Shown here one piece after another: positions 36,956 to 46,379 of a stretch of 64,000 bases of DNA. The notes under the pieces were generated by a model. It was given only the letters and a program-made list of their open reading frames with translations, had not been told where the DNA came from and searched no databases. Source of the stretch: an uncultured Candidatus Saccharibacteria bacterium (GTDB lineage Bacteria > Patescibacteriota > Doudnabacteria > UBA920 > VMFF01); NCBI GenBank assembly GCA_964364285.1, contig CAYIKZ010000001.1:17237-81236 (forward strand), in the 5' to 3' direction. Both the position numbers and the translations under genes were made by a program. Position 1 is the first letter of the stretch. The number at the start of each line of letters is the position of its first letter.

Positions 36956-38626
36956 ATGAATCGCACTTGGAAACTTAAGAAACAAACAGAAAAAGACCTT
37001 TTTGCCCAGCTTTTAGCAAATCGTGGTATTTTCGGGGAAAAGGAAATATCAGCTTTTTTAAGCCCTGAGTATGATCAGTTAAATGATCCTTTTCTTTTTT
37101 TAGAAATGCGTAAAGCAGTTGACCGTATTTGGAAAGCAATTGAGAAAAAAGAAAAGATCTTGGTGTATAGCGATTATGATGCTGATGCCATAACAGCAAA
37201 CGCGGTTTTGTTTAGAATGTTTGAAGCATTAGGAGTTAATGTAGGAACATATATCCCTGATCGTTTTTCAGAAGGTTATGGTTTAAACTTGGATGCTTTT
37301 GAAAAGATAAAGGAAGGGGGAGTTAGTTTAATAATTACTGTTGACTGCGGAACTAATTCAGTAGAAGAAGCAAAGTTTTGTAAAGCAAACAACATTGATT
37401 TAATAATTACAGATCACCATGAGATAACTGGGGAAGTGCCAGATGCTTTTGCTTTGATTAATTCAAAGAATCCAAAAGAAAAATATCCATACCATGAACT
37501 TGTTGGAGTTGGTGTTGCTTTTAAGCTTGCTTGTGCTGTGCTTTCAGAAAAAGAAAAACACAATCTTACTCCTGGTTGGGAAAAATGGTTGTTAGATTTA
37601 GTAGCTATTGGAACTGTTGCTGATTGTCATTCCTTGATAGGAGAAAACAGGCTTTTGGTTAAGTTTGGTTTAAAGGTTCTTCAAAAAACTAAATGGCTTG
37701 GGTTAAGGCTTTTGTTGCAGTTTGCTGGAATGACTTCTAAAAATTTAGATACATACACCTTAGGGTTTATAATAGCTCCCCGTATTAACGCGGCTGGAAG
37801 AATAGAGCACGCGTCTTCGGCTTTTGATCTTTTGATTGCAAATGAATATTCAGAAGCAGAAGAGGCTGCTAAAAATCTTGAAGCCTTAAATACAAAAAGA
37901 CAAAAGATCACTGAGGTTGTCATTTCTGAAGCTCGTGAGCAATTGCTTTTAGTTTCAGAACGAAAAATATTGCTTGCTTCGGGAGCAAACTGGCCAAAAG
38001 GCGTTGTTGGTTTAGTTGCTGGAAAACTTACTGAAGAATTTGGCAAACCGGTTTTAGTTATGGAGCGTGGACAAACAGAGAGCACAGGTTCTGCAAGAAG
38101 CGTTGCTAACTTTAATATTGTTGAAGCATTGAAATTTTCATCAGAGCACTTAGTTAAGTTTGGAGGACACGCAGCTGCTGCTGGGTTTACGGTTAAAACC
38201 GAACATATTGGCGTGTTTTACAAAAATCTTTTAGATTTTGCGGATCAGAATTTAAATACCGAAGATCTTTCAAAGGAAATTGAGATTGAGGCAGAATTAA
38301 AAGCAGAGGATGTTAATTTAAAGAACGCTGAAATGCTTGAAGCTTTTGAACCCTTTGGTGTTGATAACCCAAAGCCTAAGCTTTTGCTTTCAGACCTTGT
38401 TATTAAAGATCAGAAATTAGTCGGCAAAGAACAGAAACATCTGCAGTTAAGCTTAGTTTCCGAAACCGGAAAACTCTTGAAAGCAATTGCTTTTGGGTTT
38501 GGAAAATCAGCACCTGATTTGCTTCCTGGGCAAAAGATTGATATTGTTTTTGAGATGATAAAGGACGAGTGGAATGGTTTAAGTAATGTTAAATTAAGAA
38601 TAATTGATTACAAAAAAAGAATATGA
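36956..38626 (+). CDS. recJ: Single-stranded-DNA exonuclease RecJ
   Basis: DYDAD, PDRFSEGYG, TVDCG, TDHH, GTVAD, PRINAAGR, GGHAAAAG; start set at 36956 after TGcTACAAT. Confidence 0.95.
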   Translation: MNRTWKLKKQTEKDLFAQLLANRGIFGEKEISAFLSPEYDQLNDPFLFLEMRKAVDRIWKAIEKKEKILVYSDYDADAITANAVLFRMFEALGVNVGTYIPDRFSEGYGLNLDAFEKIKEGGVSLIITVDCGTNSVEEAKFCKANNIDLIITDHHEITGEVPDAFALINSKNPKEKYPYHELVGVGVAFKLACAVLSEKEKHNLTPGWEKWLLDLVAIGTVADCHSLIGENRLLVKFGLKVLQKTKWLGLRLLLQFAGMTSKNLDTYTLGFIIAPRINAAGRIEHASSAFDLLIANEYSEAEEAAKNLEALNTKRQKITEVVISEAREQLLLVSERKILLASGANWPKGVVGLVAGKLTEEFGKPVLVMERGQTESTGSARSVANFNIVEALKFSSEHLVKFGGHAAAAGFTVKTEHIGVFYKNLLDFADQNLNTEDLSKEIEIEAELKAEDVNLKNAEMLEAFEPFGVDNPKPKLLLSDLVIKDQKLVGKEQKHLQLSLVSETGKLLKAIAFGFGKSAPDLLPGQKIDIVFEMIKDEWNGLSNVKLRIIDYKKRI

Positions 38627-39066
38627 ACATCACAGAAGAACCAACCCATTTAGTTATATACACAGATGGTGGAGCCAGAGGTAACCCGGGTCCTGCAGGT
38701 ATTGGCGCTGTTTTTTACTTGGAAGATGAGGCAGGCAAAAGATTAGAGCTTGAAATTCTTAAAGAATACATTGGAGAACAAACTAACAACTTTGCTGAAT
38801 ACACTGCTTTGATAAAGGCGTTACAGCGAGCATCGGAAATTGGTAAGAAAGTTGTCCTCTGCTATTTAGACAGCGAACTCGTTGTTAAACAGTTAAATGG
38901 TTTGTACAAGGTTAGAGAAGAGTCTTTAAAACCATTGGTTTCAGAGATTTTTAAATTGACGCATAAGTTTACGAACGTTAGTTTTACGCACGTTCATAGA
39001 GAGAAAAACGTTTTAGCAGACAAGTTAGTTAATCAAGCTATTGACGAAGCAGTCGGAAAAGTATAA
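38623..39066 (+). CDS. rnhA: Ribonuclease HI
   Basis: YTDGGARGNPGPAG, TNNFAEY, DSELVV, NVLAD. Confidence 0.93.
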   Translation: MNITEEPTHLVIYTDGGARGNPGPAGIGAVFYLEDEAGKRLELEILKEYIGEQTNNFAEYTALIKALQRASEIGKKVVLCYLDSELVVKQLNGLYKVREESLKPLVSEIFKLTHKFTNVSFTHVHREKNVLADKLVNQAIDEAVGKV

Positions 39067-39069
39067 TAT
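39041..39069 (+). promoter_or_regulatory. Promoter overlapping the rnhA 3' end
   Basis: TTGACG-N17-TAATAT, with an overlapping TATAAT. Confidence 0.55.
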
Positions 39070-39078
39070 TATTCCATT

Positions 39079-39168
39079 ATGATTTCTAATCAATTACAAG
39101 CAGTAAATAACGGAATGCCAAAGTTTTGGTATAACTTTACATACTCCAGGGTTGTTTCGCTGCGGTAA
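39079..39168 (+). CDS. Putative leader peptide MISNQLQAVNNGMPKFWYNFTYSRVVSLR
   Basis: 29-codon ORF whose 3' end forms the antiterminator strand for the terminator at 39194. Confidence 0.55.
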   Translation: MISNQLQAVNNGMPKFWYNFTYSRVVSLR

Positions 39169-39227
39169 TTTTCTAATTCCTTTTTAAAAGATTATCCCAG
39201 CGAGCCAACGCTGGGATTTTTGTTTTT
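39151..39227 (+). promoter_or_regulatory. Terminator/antiterminator (attenuator) pair
   Basis: Terminator ATCCCAGCG-AGCCAA-CGCTGGGAT + T-run; alternative pairing of 39151-39169 with 39191-39209. Confidence 0.65.
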
Positions 39228-39277
39228 GGTTCGGCGCACTTGGGACGCAATCTCAAGACCCAATTGGAGGATTGACA

Positions 39278-39682
39278 ATGCTTTCACGTAGCGAAGAAGG
39301 GCAGCTTGGTCGTTTCTGGGGCGTGGTGTTCACCCACATCGATGAGCTTGGGGTCATGTATCGTAACCGCAGGGGCAAGGATCGTCGGCACTACAGTGAT
39401 TTTGACGTATACGAGAGCGTAGAGTTTCCTTGCGGTTGCAAGCCGCGGTCTGGTCAGAGCAGGCGCTTCCGTCTTTACGAAGACGGTGCGCTGGTCCATC
39501 ACGGATGCTCGGTGGTTTTCGTAGGTCATGACAAGGAGGGGAAGCTCAAGCAGTCGATGCTTCAGAGGGCGATCTGGACCAAGAGGTCAATCGTTTTACA
39601 GCGCGTAACAAAGCCTAGCAAGCCATCACCGCGTGTTCCGCTCTACGGACCTTACGGAAGTCCGTACTTCGTGCGTCGTTGA
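39278..39682 (+). CDS. GC-rich orphan hypothetical protein with Cys/His cluster
   Basis: GGAGGATTGACA-ATG SD; PCGC...HHGC; downstream long hairpin. Confidence 0.65.
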   Translation: MLSRSEEGQLGRFWGVVFTHIDELGVMYRNRRGKDRRHYSDFDVYESVEFPCGCKPRSGQSRRFRLYEDGALVHHGCSVVFVGHDKEGKLKQSMLQRAIWTKRSIVLQRVTKPSKPSPRVPLYGPYGSPYFVRR

Positions 39683-39689
39683 AGCACAG

Positions 39690-39746
39690 AACAAACAACA
39701 ATGGTCTTAAGTCTCCCTTAGTCGGGAACTTAAGACCTTGTTTGTT
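39690..39746. terminator. Long hairpin between convergent genes
   Basis: AACAAACAA..GGTCTTAAGT...ACTTAAGACC-TTGTTTGTT. Confidence 0.7.
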
Positions 39747-41082
39747 ATCTAACCTTTAATAAACTAACTGTCTCGTTGTTTAACAAGAAAATTGTTTTTG
39801 CGTCAGAATCAATGTAGAATTTAGCTTCTTTGTTTAATTCTGCAAAAGTATAATTGTTTTGATAGTCCCTGGTGTCTAATTCAATGGCTTGTAAGTGGTT
39901 GTCATTTTTGAAAAATACCCAACCAACTTGGCTGTTTCCTGAAATGTTTGATATTTCTTTAAGTGATCTTGTAATTAGTTTTGTTTCTCTGCTAGCCATG
40001 TTGTATCTGTCTATCTCATTTCCAGTGTTAAAGAAAACATCTTCATTGTTTTCAATCTGAACTTCTTCAACGTGTTCAACGATTTTTTCAAGCTCGTCAT
40101 TTAAAACATACAACGTCTTGTTTCCTAAAACAAAGAGTTGGTTGTTTTCCGTTAGATATATTTGTGCATCAACAAACGGAGGAATATTTTCAAGCAAAAT
40201 TGTTTCAGTGTAGTTTGGCATGCTTGCATGAGCCAATGATCTTCTGATACCCAGAAGAGATTCTGCGAGTTTGATATAATATATTCCAGAAGAGTTTACT
40301 TCAAATGCCAGCACGTTATCCACTACAACCTCTTTTTCGTTTTTGTTCCAATCAAGAATATATATTGAACCTTCTAGAAGCTGATACAGTTTGTTGTCTG
40401 GTGAGAACTTAAAGGTATTTTCTGATGCTTGGAATGATGTTTTTGATGAAAAAGCAGCTTGTTTTGTGGTTAATTCAGTAATATCTGTTAGCGTATTGTT
40501 TCTAGTATCTAAAACAAAGTTGTTAACCCCACTGTTTATTAAAAAGAAGTTTTCATCAGGACTTGAAAGGATTTTTCCTGCTTTGATGTTCTCTTTAAAA
40601 TTAACAGAGGTTTGTTTTTCAGGACTACTGATATCTGCAAAACTTATTTTATCTTGTTGAAGGTAGGCAATTCTTTTTTCTCCAGCAAAGAAATCTAAAG
40701 CATTTTCAGAGAGCGTTTGCTTTTCTGCGTTTGAGTAGAAAAGAAAAAGGTTGTCCGTACTTTCAAAGTTCCAAGTAACAAACTGTGATCTGACAGTTAA
40801 ACGTTTGTTCCAGTCAAAGTACCCTTGTTTTTTGATGCTTAGTTCATAATTACCTGGTTCTAAGAATCTAATGTTTTGGTTTGTTGTGCCGTGTGTTGAA
40901 CCATTAATTGTTATGCCAGCGTTCTTTGGCTCTGTCTTGATGCCTAAGATTCCGGTTTTAACAAAACGGCCATTTTTAAAGTCGTACTTTTTGCCACTGA
41001 CAAAAAGTACAATAAAAGGGGTTAAGATTATGAAAGCGAGGATTCCGCTAGCAATTAAAGAGTACCTTGGACGTGATTTCAT
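39745..41082 (-). CDS. PEGA-domain, beta-rich membrane-anchored protein
   Basis: N-terminal TM, TEPKNAGITING...LEPGNYELSIKKQGYFDW PEGA pattern. Confidence 0.8.
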   Translation of the reverse strand: MKSRPRYSLIASGILAFIILTPFIVLFVSGKKYDFKNGRFVKTGILGIKTEPKNAGITINGSTHGTTNQNIRFLEPGNYELSIKKQGYFDWNKRLTVRSQFVTWNFESTDNLFLFYSNAEKQTLSENALDFFAGEKRIAYLQQDKISFADISSPEKQTSVNFKENIKAGKILSSPDENFFLINSGVNNFVLDTRNNTLTDITELTTKQAAFSSKTSFQASENTFKFSPDNKLYQLLEGSIYILDWNKNEKEVVVDNVLAFEVNSSGIYYIKLAESLLGIRRSLAHASMPNYTETILLENIPPFVDAQIYLTENNQLFVLGNKTLYVLNDELEKIVEHVEEVQIENNEDVFFNTGNEIDRYNMASRETKLITRSLKEISNISGNSQVGWVFFKNDNHLQAIELDTRDYQNNYTFAELNKEAKFYIDSDAKTIFLLNNETVSLLKVR

Positions 41083-41133
41083 AACAGTATTTTACTATGA
41101 TATAATAGCGAAGTCTAATCATTATATTATCCT

Positions 41134-42387
41134 ATGGCGATATACAAAATAACCGGGGGCAAAGAGCTTTCCGGAACAGTTACTGTAGGTGGTTCTAAGA
41201 ACGCAATTTTGCCGGCAATGTGTGCCACACTTTTGGCCGAAGAAATTTGTATCATTAGAAATGTTCCTGAAATATCCGATGTATATAATTTAAAGAGCAT
41301 ACTTGAAAATCTGGGAGCAAAGGTTACTTTTGAAGACCATGTTTTAACGATTGATAATTCAAAAGTAGATTCTTACAAACCAGAACCAGAGTTGGTAGCA
41401 AAGCTTCGTGGTTCAATTTTGTTGCTTGGTCCCTTGTTAGCACGTTTTGGAAAAGTAGTAATGCCAATTCCCGGAGGAGATTTAATCGGTAAAAGGCCGA
41501 TAGACGCGCACTTAGTTGCATTGGAAATGCTAGGTGCAAACGCCAAGATAAATGGAAATTTAGAAGTCTCTACAAAAAAACTTGTAGGAACAAACATTAT
41601 AATGGTTGAGTTAAGCGTTACTGCAACAGAAAACGCGATTATGGCAGCAGTTACAGCAGAGGGTAGTACAGTAATTCATTTGGCTGCAACCGAAGGACAC
41701 GTGCAATCTCTATGTCACATGTTGAATTCAATGGGAGCAATGATTTCGGGAATCGGAACGCATGATCTGGTTATTGCTGGTGTTAAAAAACTACACGGGA
41801 CTGACTTTAAGATTATTTATGACAATGAAGTTGCTTGTAGTTTCATAAATCTTGCAGCTGCAACAAAGAGCGAGTTAACCATTCAAAATGTTCAGCCAGA
41901 GTTTTTAGCTGCTGCTTTCATTCAGTTTATGCAGATGAATGTTAATTTTGAAGTTGGTGATACTTGGGTTAAGGTTTTGAAACCAAAAGAACCATACACA
42001 GCTTTTAAGATTACTTCTAACATATATCCAGGGTTGATGAGTGATTACATTCCTCCTTTTGCGGTTTTGGCAACACAGGCTCAAGGAACAACTCAGTTGC
42101 ATGAATGGATGTATGAAGGAAGACTAGGATATATTCACGAACTTTCAAAGATGGGCGCTAAAGCACACATCATAGATCAGCACCGCGCGGAGATTACTGG
42201 ACCAACTGAACTTTCAGGAACAAATGTTAGCTCTCTTGATGTTAGAAGCGGAATGGTTTTAGTCATTTCAGCATTGGTAGCAAAAGGACAAAGCACATTG
42301 CATGAGATTCAGCATATTGAAAGAGGATATGAAGATATTGTTAACAAACTTAAAGCAATTGGAGCGGATATAGAAAGAGTGGAATAG
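41134..42387 (+). CDS. murA: UDP-N-acetylglucosamine 1-carboxyvinyltransferase
   Basis: GSKNAILP, LRGSILLLGPLL, PGGDLIGKRPIDAH, SVTATEN, YPG. Confidence 0.93.
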   Translation: MAIYKITGGKELSGTVTVGGSKNAILPAMCATLLAEEICIIRNVPEISDVYNLKSILENLGAKVTFEDHVLTIDNSKVDSYKPEPELVAKLRGSILLLGPLLARFGKVVMPIPGGDLIGKRPIDAHLVALEMLGANAKINGNLEVSTKKLVGTNIIMVELSVTATENAIMAAVTAEGSTVIHLAATEGHVQSLCHMLNSMGAMISGIGTHDLVIAGVKKLHGTDFKIIYDNEVACSFINLAAATKSELTIQNVQPEFLAAAFIQFMQMNVNFEVGDTWVKVLKPKEPYTAFKITSNIYPGLMSDYIPPFAVLATQAQGTTQLHEWMYEGRLGYIHELSKMGAKAHIIDQHRAEITGPTELSGTNVSSLDVRSGMVLVISALVAKGQSTLHEIQHIERGYEDIVNKLKAIGADIERVE

Positions 42388-42388
42388 T

Positions 42389-43396
42389 ATGTTTTCTAAA
42401 AAAATCGGAATTGATCTAGGCACAGCAAATACACTGGTATATCTTCCTAAAAAAGGAATCATTTTAAACGAGCCAACAGTTGTTGCGATTACTCTTGACG
42501 ACAACCGTGTTTTAGCGGTTGGTTCAGAAGCAAAAGAAATGCTTGGTAGAACTCCTGAAACAATTGTTGCATCTCGTCCAATGAGAGACGGTGTCATTGC
42601 TGATTACAGAGTTACTGAAGCAATGCTTCGATATTTCATAAACAAAGCATTGGGTAATGTTCATTTTTTCAGACCAGAAGTTATGATTTCAGTTCCTGGA
42701 GGAATTACTTCAACTGAAAGAAGAGCTGTCATAGATGCGGCAAAAGCAGCTGGTGCTAAAGAAGCCTATGTCATTAAAGAAACAGTTGCAGCAGCAATTG
42801 GCGCTGGTATTCCCATTGCTTCGGCAACAGGAAACCTAATTATTGATATTGGGGGTGGTACAACAGATGTCGCTGTGTTGTCCTTGGGTGGTATTGTTAC
42901 GTCAACTTCAGTGCGTGTTGCTGGTAACAAGATGGATCAAGCGATTATTGATTATGTAAGAAGAAAACATGGCTTAGCTATTGGTGACAGGACGGCGGAA
43001 GAGATAAAGATAAACATAGGATCAGCAACGCTTGTTGATGAAGAAGAGTCAATGGAGGTTAAAGGGAGAGATATGATTCAAGGGTTACCAAGAAGTATCA
43101 GTATTTCAACTAATGAGGTTGTCGAAGCAATTCAAGATGAATTAAGGGAAATAATAAGAGCAGTTAGAACAGTGCTTCAAGAAACTCCGCCAGAGCTTGC
43201 TTCTGATATTATTGATAAAGGGATGGTTTTAACCGGTGGCTCTTCTTTACTTAGAAACATAGATAAAATGATTTCCCAAGCAGTAGGTGTTCCGGCATAT
43301 GTAGCTGAAGACGCAATCCTTTGTGTTGCTAAAGGAACTGGTATTGCTTTAGACAACCTTGAGAGCTACAAGAAGAGTATTTTAAGCGCAAGATAA
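42389..43396 (+). CDS. mreB: MreB/Mbl rod-shape actin homolog, paralog 1
   Basis: IGIDLGTANT, DIGGGTTD, ETPPELASDI, LTGG. Confidence 0.95.
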   Translation: MFSKKIGIDLGTANTLVYLPKKGIILNEPTVVAITLDDNRVLAVGSEAKEMLGRTPETIVASRPMRDGVIADYRVTEAMLRYFINKALGNVHFFRPEVMISVPGGITSTERRAVIDAAKAAGAKEAYVIKETVAAAIGAGIPIASATGNLIIDIGGGTTDVAVLSLGGIVTSTSVRVAGNKMDQAIIDYVRRKHGLAIGDRTAEEIKINIGSATLVDEEESMEVKGRDMIQGLPRSISISTNEVVEAIQDELREIIRAVRTVLQETPPELASDIIDKGMVLTGGSSLLRNIDKMISQAVGVPAYVAEDAILCVAKGTGIALDNLESYKKSILSAR

Positions 43397-43478
43397 CGAA
43401 AAAAGAAGAGGTTTCCTAGTGTTGAAAAAATCGTTTTTTAATGATATGGTATATATAGTGATTTAACGAATAAACAAT

Positions 43479-43799
43479 ATGAATTTTCCTTTATTCCAAA
43501 AAAGAATAGATCAAGATGTTGTTCTCGCTCTGAGATGGAAACTACCTGAATCTTTGGAAGTAGATTTGCAAGGAGCTGAAGAGGGTGGTTTTGTTGTTTC
43601 TGTTAAAACTTTGCCAGGATGTTTTACACAAGCAGAAAATGAAAAAGAACTATTTGAAATGGTTAACAATGCAGTTCTAACATATTTACAGATACCAAAA
43701 GAGTACCAGCCGTACATGCCTTCTTTTTTCCCAAAGAACGAGGAATTAAGAAAAGCTATGCAAGCGCAAAAAGGTGTTTTGACTCTTGAAAGGGCGTAG
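43479..43799 (+). CDS. hicB: HicB-family antitoxin (no obvious C-terminal DNA-binding domain)
   Basis: EEGGFVVSVKTLPGCFTQAE...ELFEMV..AV pattern. Confidence 0.75.
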   Translation: MNFPLFQKRIDQDVVLALRWKLPESLEVDLQGAEEGGFVVSVKTLPGCFTQAENEKELFEMVNNAVLTYLQIPKEYQPYMPSFFPKNEELRKAMQAQKGVLTLERA

Positions 43800-43801
43800 C
43801 G

Positions 43802-44035
43802 ATGGGGAGGTTCTATTTCTCAATTAAAACCTCTAAATTAATCCGAGCTTTAAAGAAGCTCGGATTTACGATTGAGCATGGTAGTAAACATGATCTTGCG
43901 TATTTAAAGAATGGACCTAAAACTACTATTCCAAGATCCAATACCTTGAAGAAAGGAACTTCTGAGAGTATTTGTGAGTTTGTAGTAAAAGAAGCGGGTA
44001 TTTCAGAGGATAAACTTTTGGGTCTGCTGAGATAA
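43802..44035 (+). CDS. hicA: HicA-family mRNA interferase toxin
   Basis: LIRALKKLGF...GSKH...TTIP...LKKGT..SI...AGI. Confidence 0.78.
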   Translation: MGRFYFSIKTSKLIRALKKLGFTIEHGSKHDLAYLKNGPKTTIPRSNTLKKGTSESICEFVVKEAGISEDKLLGLLR

Positions 44036-44062
44036 TATACAAACGTGGTATACTCTAAGTAT

Positions 44063-44791
44063 ATGTGGAGCGTTAAAGGATACGAAAATCAAAAGCTTTT
44101 TTTAGACAATGCGTTTGTAAACAACAAGCTTGCGCATGCCTATCTTTTTACTGGTTCTGACAGAGAAACAAAAAAACAACTCGCTATTGAATTCGCAACA
44201 ATGATCCTAGGAGTTTCAGAGGAAGAGAAAGAACGTATAAACCCTGACCTCATAGTTATAGATCAAAGCAAAATGAAGATTGAGGAGATGAGAGCTTTAA
44301 TCTCTGAGCTTTCATTAAAACCTTTTAGATATCAAAAAAAGGTAGCCATAATTCAAAACTTTGAGGATGTAACAGATGAAGCAGCAAGCAGTATTTTAAA
44401 GACTCTCGAAGAGCCAAACAATAGTTCGCTAATTATACTTCTTTCAAGAAATCAGAAGTCGCTATTACCAACAATTGTTTCTAGATGTCAAAGTATATAT
44501 TTTAATATTCCAAAGCAGAAGATAGTAAACGAAAACGCAGAATCCTTGAAAGAAATATTTAAACTCCCGGTTGCTCAGAGAATTCTGAGCATAAAAGGAT
44601 ACGCTGAAAAAGAAACAGAAGAATTACAATCTTTGTTTGAGGATTGGATTAGTGTAGAACGAGAGAGTCTTCTTTCCGGAGACGCTGGAAAATACTTAAA
44701 CCTTCAGGTTTTGCTTGATTCTTTGGTTGGTTTAAAACAAAATTTAAACAAAAAATTAATATTAGAACGTTTGTTTTTAACTTTAAAATAA
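44063..44791 (+). CDS. holB: DNA polymerase III delta-prime subunit
   Basis: LAHAYLFTG, ILKTLEEP, LLPTIVSRCQ; start set at 44063. Confidence 0.88.
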   Translation: MWSVKGYENQKLFLDNAFVNNKLAHAYLFTGSDRETKKQLAIEFATMILGVSEEEKERINPDLIVIDQSKMKIEEMRALISELSLKPFRYQKKVAIIQNFEDVTDEAASSILKTLEEPNNSSLIILLSRNQKSLLPTIVSRCQSIYFNIPKQKIVNENAESLKEIFKLPVAQRILSIKGYAEKETEELQSLFEDWISVERESLLSGDAGKYLNLQVLLDSLVGLKQNLNKKLILERLFLTLK

Positions 44792-45829
44792 ATGAAAAAA
44801 AATATAATACTTTTTTCCGCAATCTTTTTTCTCTCAGCCAGCTGTGGCATTTTTGGCAATAGCGGTATCTTAGGAACAATGAAGTCAACTGACGGAGGCA
44901 GTTCTTGGCAACAAAGCAATGCAACTGATAAAACAACGGTTAATATTGCTGGACTTTCAGTCGCGGAGATGGGTTTTGAACCAGGCAACCACGAGGTTAT
45001 ATATTTAGCTTCTGTTAACAGCGGTCTTTGGAAATCAAGTGATAGCGCGAGAAAATGGAAGCAAATCCTTTCAAAAATAACCGCTTACGACTATTTTGTT
45101 GATCCTTCAAACACGCAGATTATTTTTGTTACTGGAATATATGGTGACCACGGTAGAATTATTCGTTCAAGGGACGGTGGTGTTACTTGGGAGGAGGTAT
45201 ACAGCGAAGCAAGCGTTAGTAACTCTGTAAATACAATCACTGCAAATCCGACAAACTCAAGAGAGATTTTTGCCGCACTCAATTCAGGCGTTTTAATTAA
45301 AAGCATAGACGGTGGAGATAGCTGGTTGGTGGTTAATGATTTTAATAATCAAATCTTGAAAGTAAGGTATATAAATAAAACAATATATGTCTTAACTAGA
45401 GCAAAAGGTTTGTACAAGAGTTTAGACAACGGTGCAAAGTGGACAAGCATAACAGACTCTTTGACTGGTTTAGGTGGAATTTCTAGTTATGTATCAAGAA
45501 CAGTTGAACAATTCTACAAAATATCCATTGATGACCAAAGCGCAGGAGTTATTTACCTAACAACCAATTCTGGGCTGTACAAAACAACTGATGATGGTAA
45601 GAATTGGCAGTTACAAAAACTGCCTGTTGAAAGCAGTGCTCCAAGAGCAATTGCTTCAACCCGAGGTGGTATGTTAGCATATACCAGCATCGGTAACACG
45701 ATTTTTAAAACGCTTGATGGTGGAAAGAGTTGGCAAACACAGTCCTTAGCAACAACAAATGTAATCAACAAGATAATTATTGATCCGTTGTTACCCCAGG
45801 TTACTTATGCTGGATTTATTGAACCATAA
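44792..45829 (+). CDS. Lipoprotein with BNR/Asp-box repeats (beta-propeller)
   Basis: Lipobox-like LSASC; repeated S/TxDGGxxW motifs. Confidence 0.85.
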   Translation: MKKNIILFSAIFFLSASCGIFGNSGILGTMKSTDGGSSWQQSNATDKTTVNIAGLSVAEMGFEPGNHEVIYLASVNSGLWKSSDSARKWKQILSKITAYDYFVDPSNTQIIFVTGIYGDHGRIIRSRDGGVTWEEVYSEASVSNSVNTITANPTNSREIFAALNSGVLIKSIDGGDSWLVVNDFNNQILKVRYINKTIYVLTRAKGLYKSLDNGAKWTSITDSLTGLGGISSYVSRTVEQFYKISIDDQSAGVIYLTTNSGLYKTTDDGKNWQLQKLPVESSAPRAIASTRGGMLAYTSIGNTIFKTLDGGKSWQTQSLATTNVINKIIIDPLLPQVTYAGFIEP

Positions 45830-45838
45830 AGGAAAATT

Positions 45839-46375
45839 ATGAATAACGAAAAATTTGATAAAGCAATAGAACACTTTAAACAAGAGCTCGGTGGTTTAAG
45901 AACTGGCAGGGCAAATCCTGCCTTGGTTGATAATGTAATGGTTGATTCATATGGTAGCAAAATGCCACTTGCTCACGTTGCATCAATTAGCATTCCAGAT
46001 GCAAAAACAATCGCCATTCAACCTTGGGACAAATCAAACATTGGTCCAATTGAAAAAGCGATCCAGGTTGCAAACATTGGTTTAAATCCAGTCAATGATG
46101 GAATCTTAATTCGTTTAAGTATTCCTTCGATGACTGAAGAGCGAAGAAAAGAAATGGTTAAACTCTTAGGACAGATTTCTGAGAAAGCAAAGATTGCAAT
46201 TAGAAATGCTCGTGAAGAAATTCTTAAGGAATATAAAAAACAACAGGACGAAGAGAACTTAACTGAAGATGATCTTGCAGGAATGAAAAAAGACCTTCAA
46301 GAGGTTGTTGATAAATACAATGAACAGGTGAAGGAAATTACCGTTGCAAAAGAAAAAGAAATAATGACAATATAG
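45839..46375 (+). CDS. frr: Ribosome recycling factor
   Basis: LRTGRANP, IQPWD, GLNPVNDG, TEERRKE. Confidence 0.96.
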   Translation: MNNEKFDKAIEHFKQELGGLRTGRANPALVDNVMVDSYGSKMPLAHVASISIPDAKTIAIQPWDKSNIGPIEKAIQVANIGLNPVNDGILIRLSIPSMTEERRKEMVKLLGQISEKAKIAIRNAREEILKEYKKQQDEENLTEDDLAGMKKDLQEVVDKYNEQVKEITVAKEKEIMTI

Positions 46376-46379
46376 TTTA

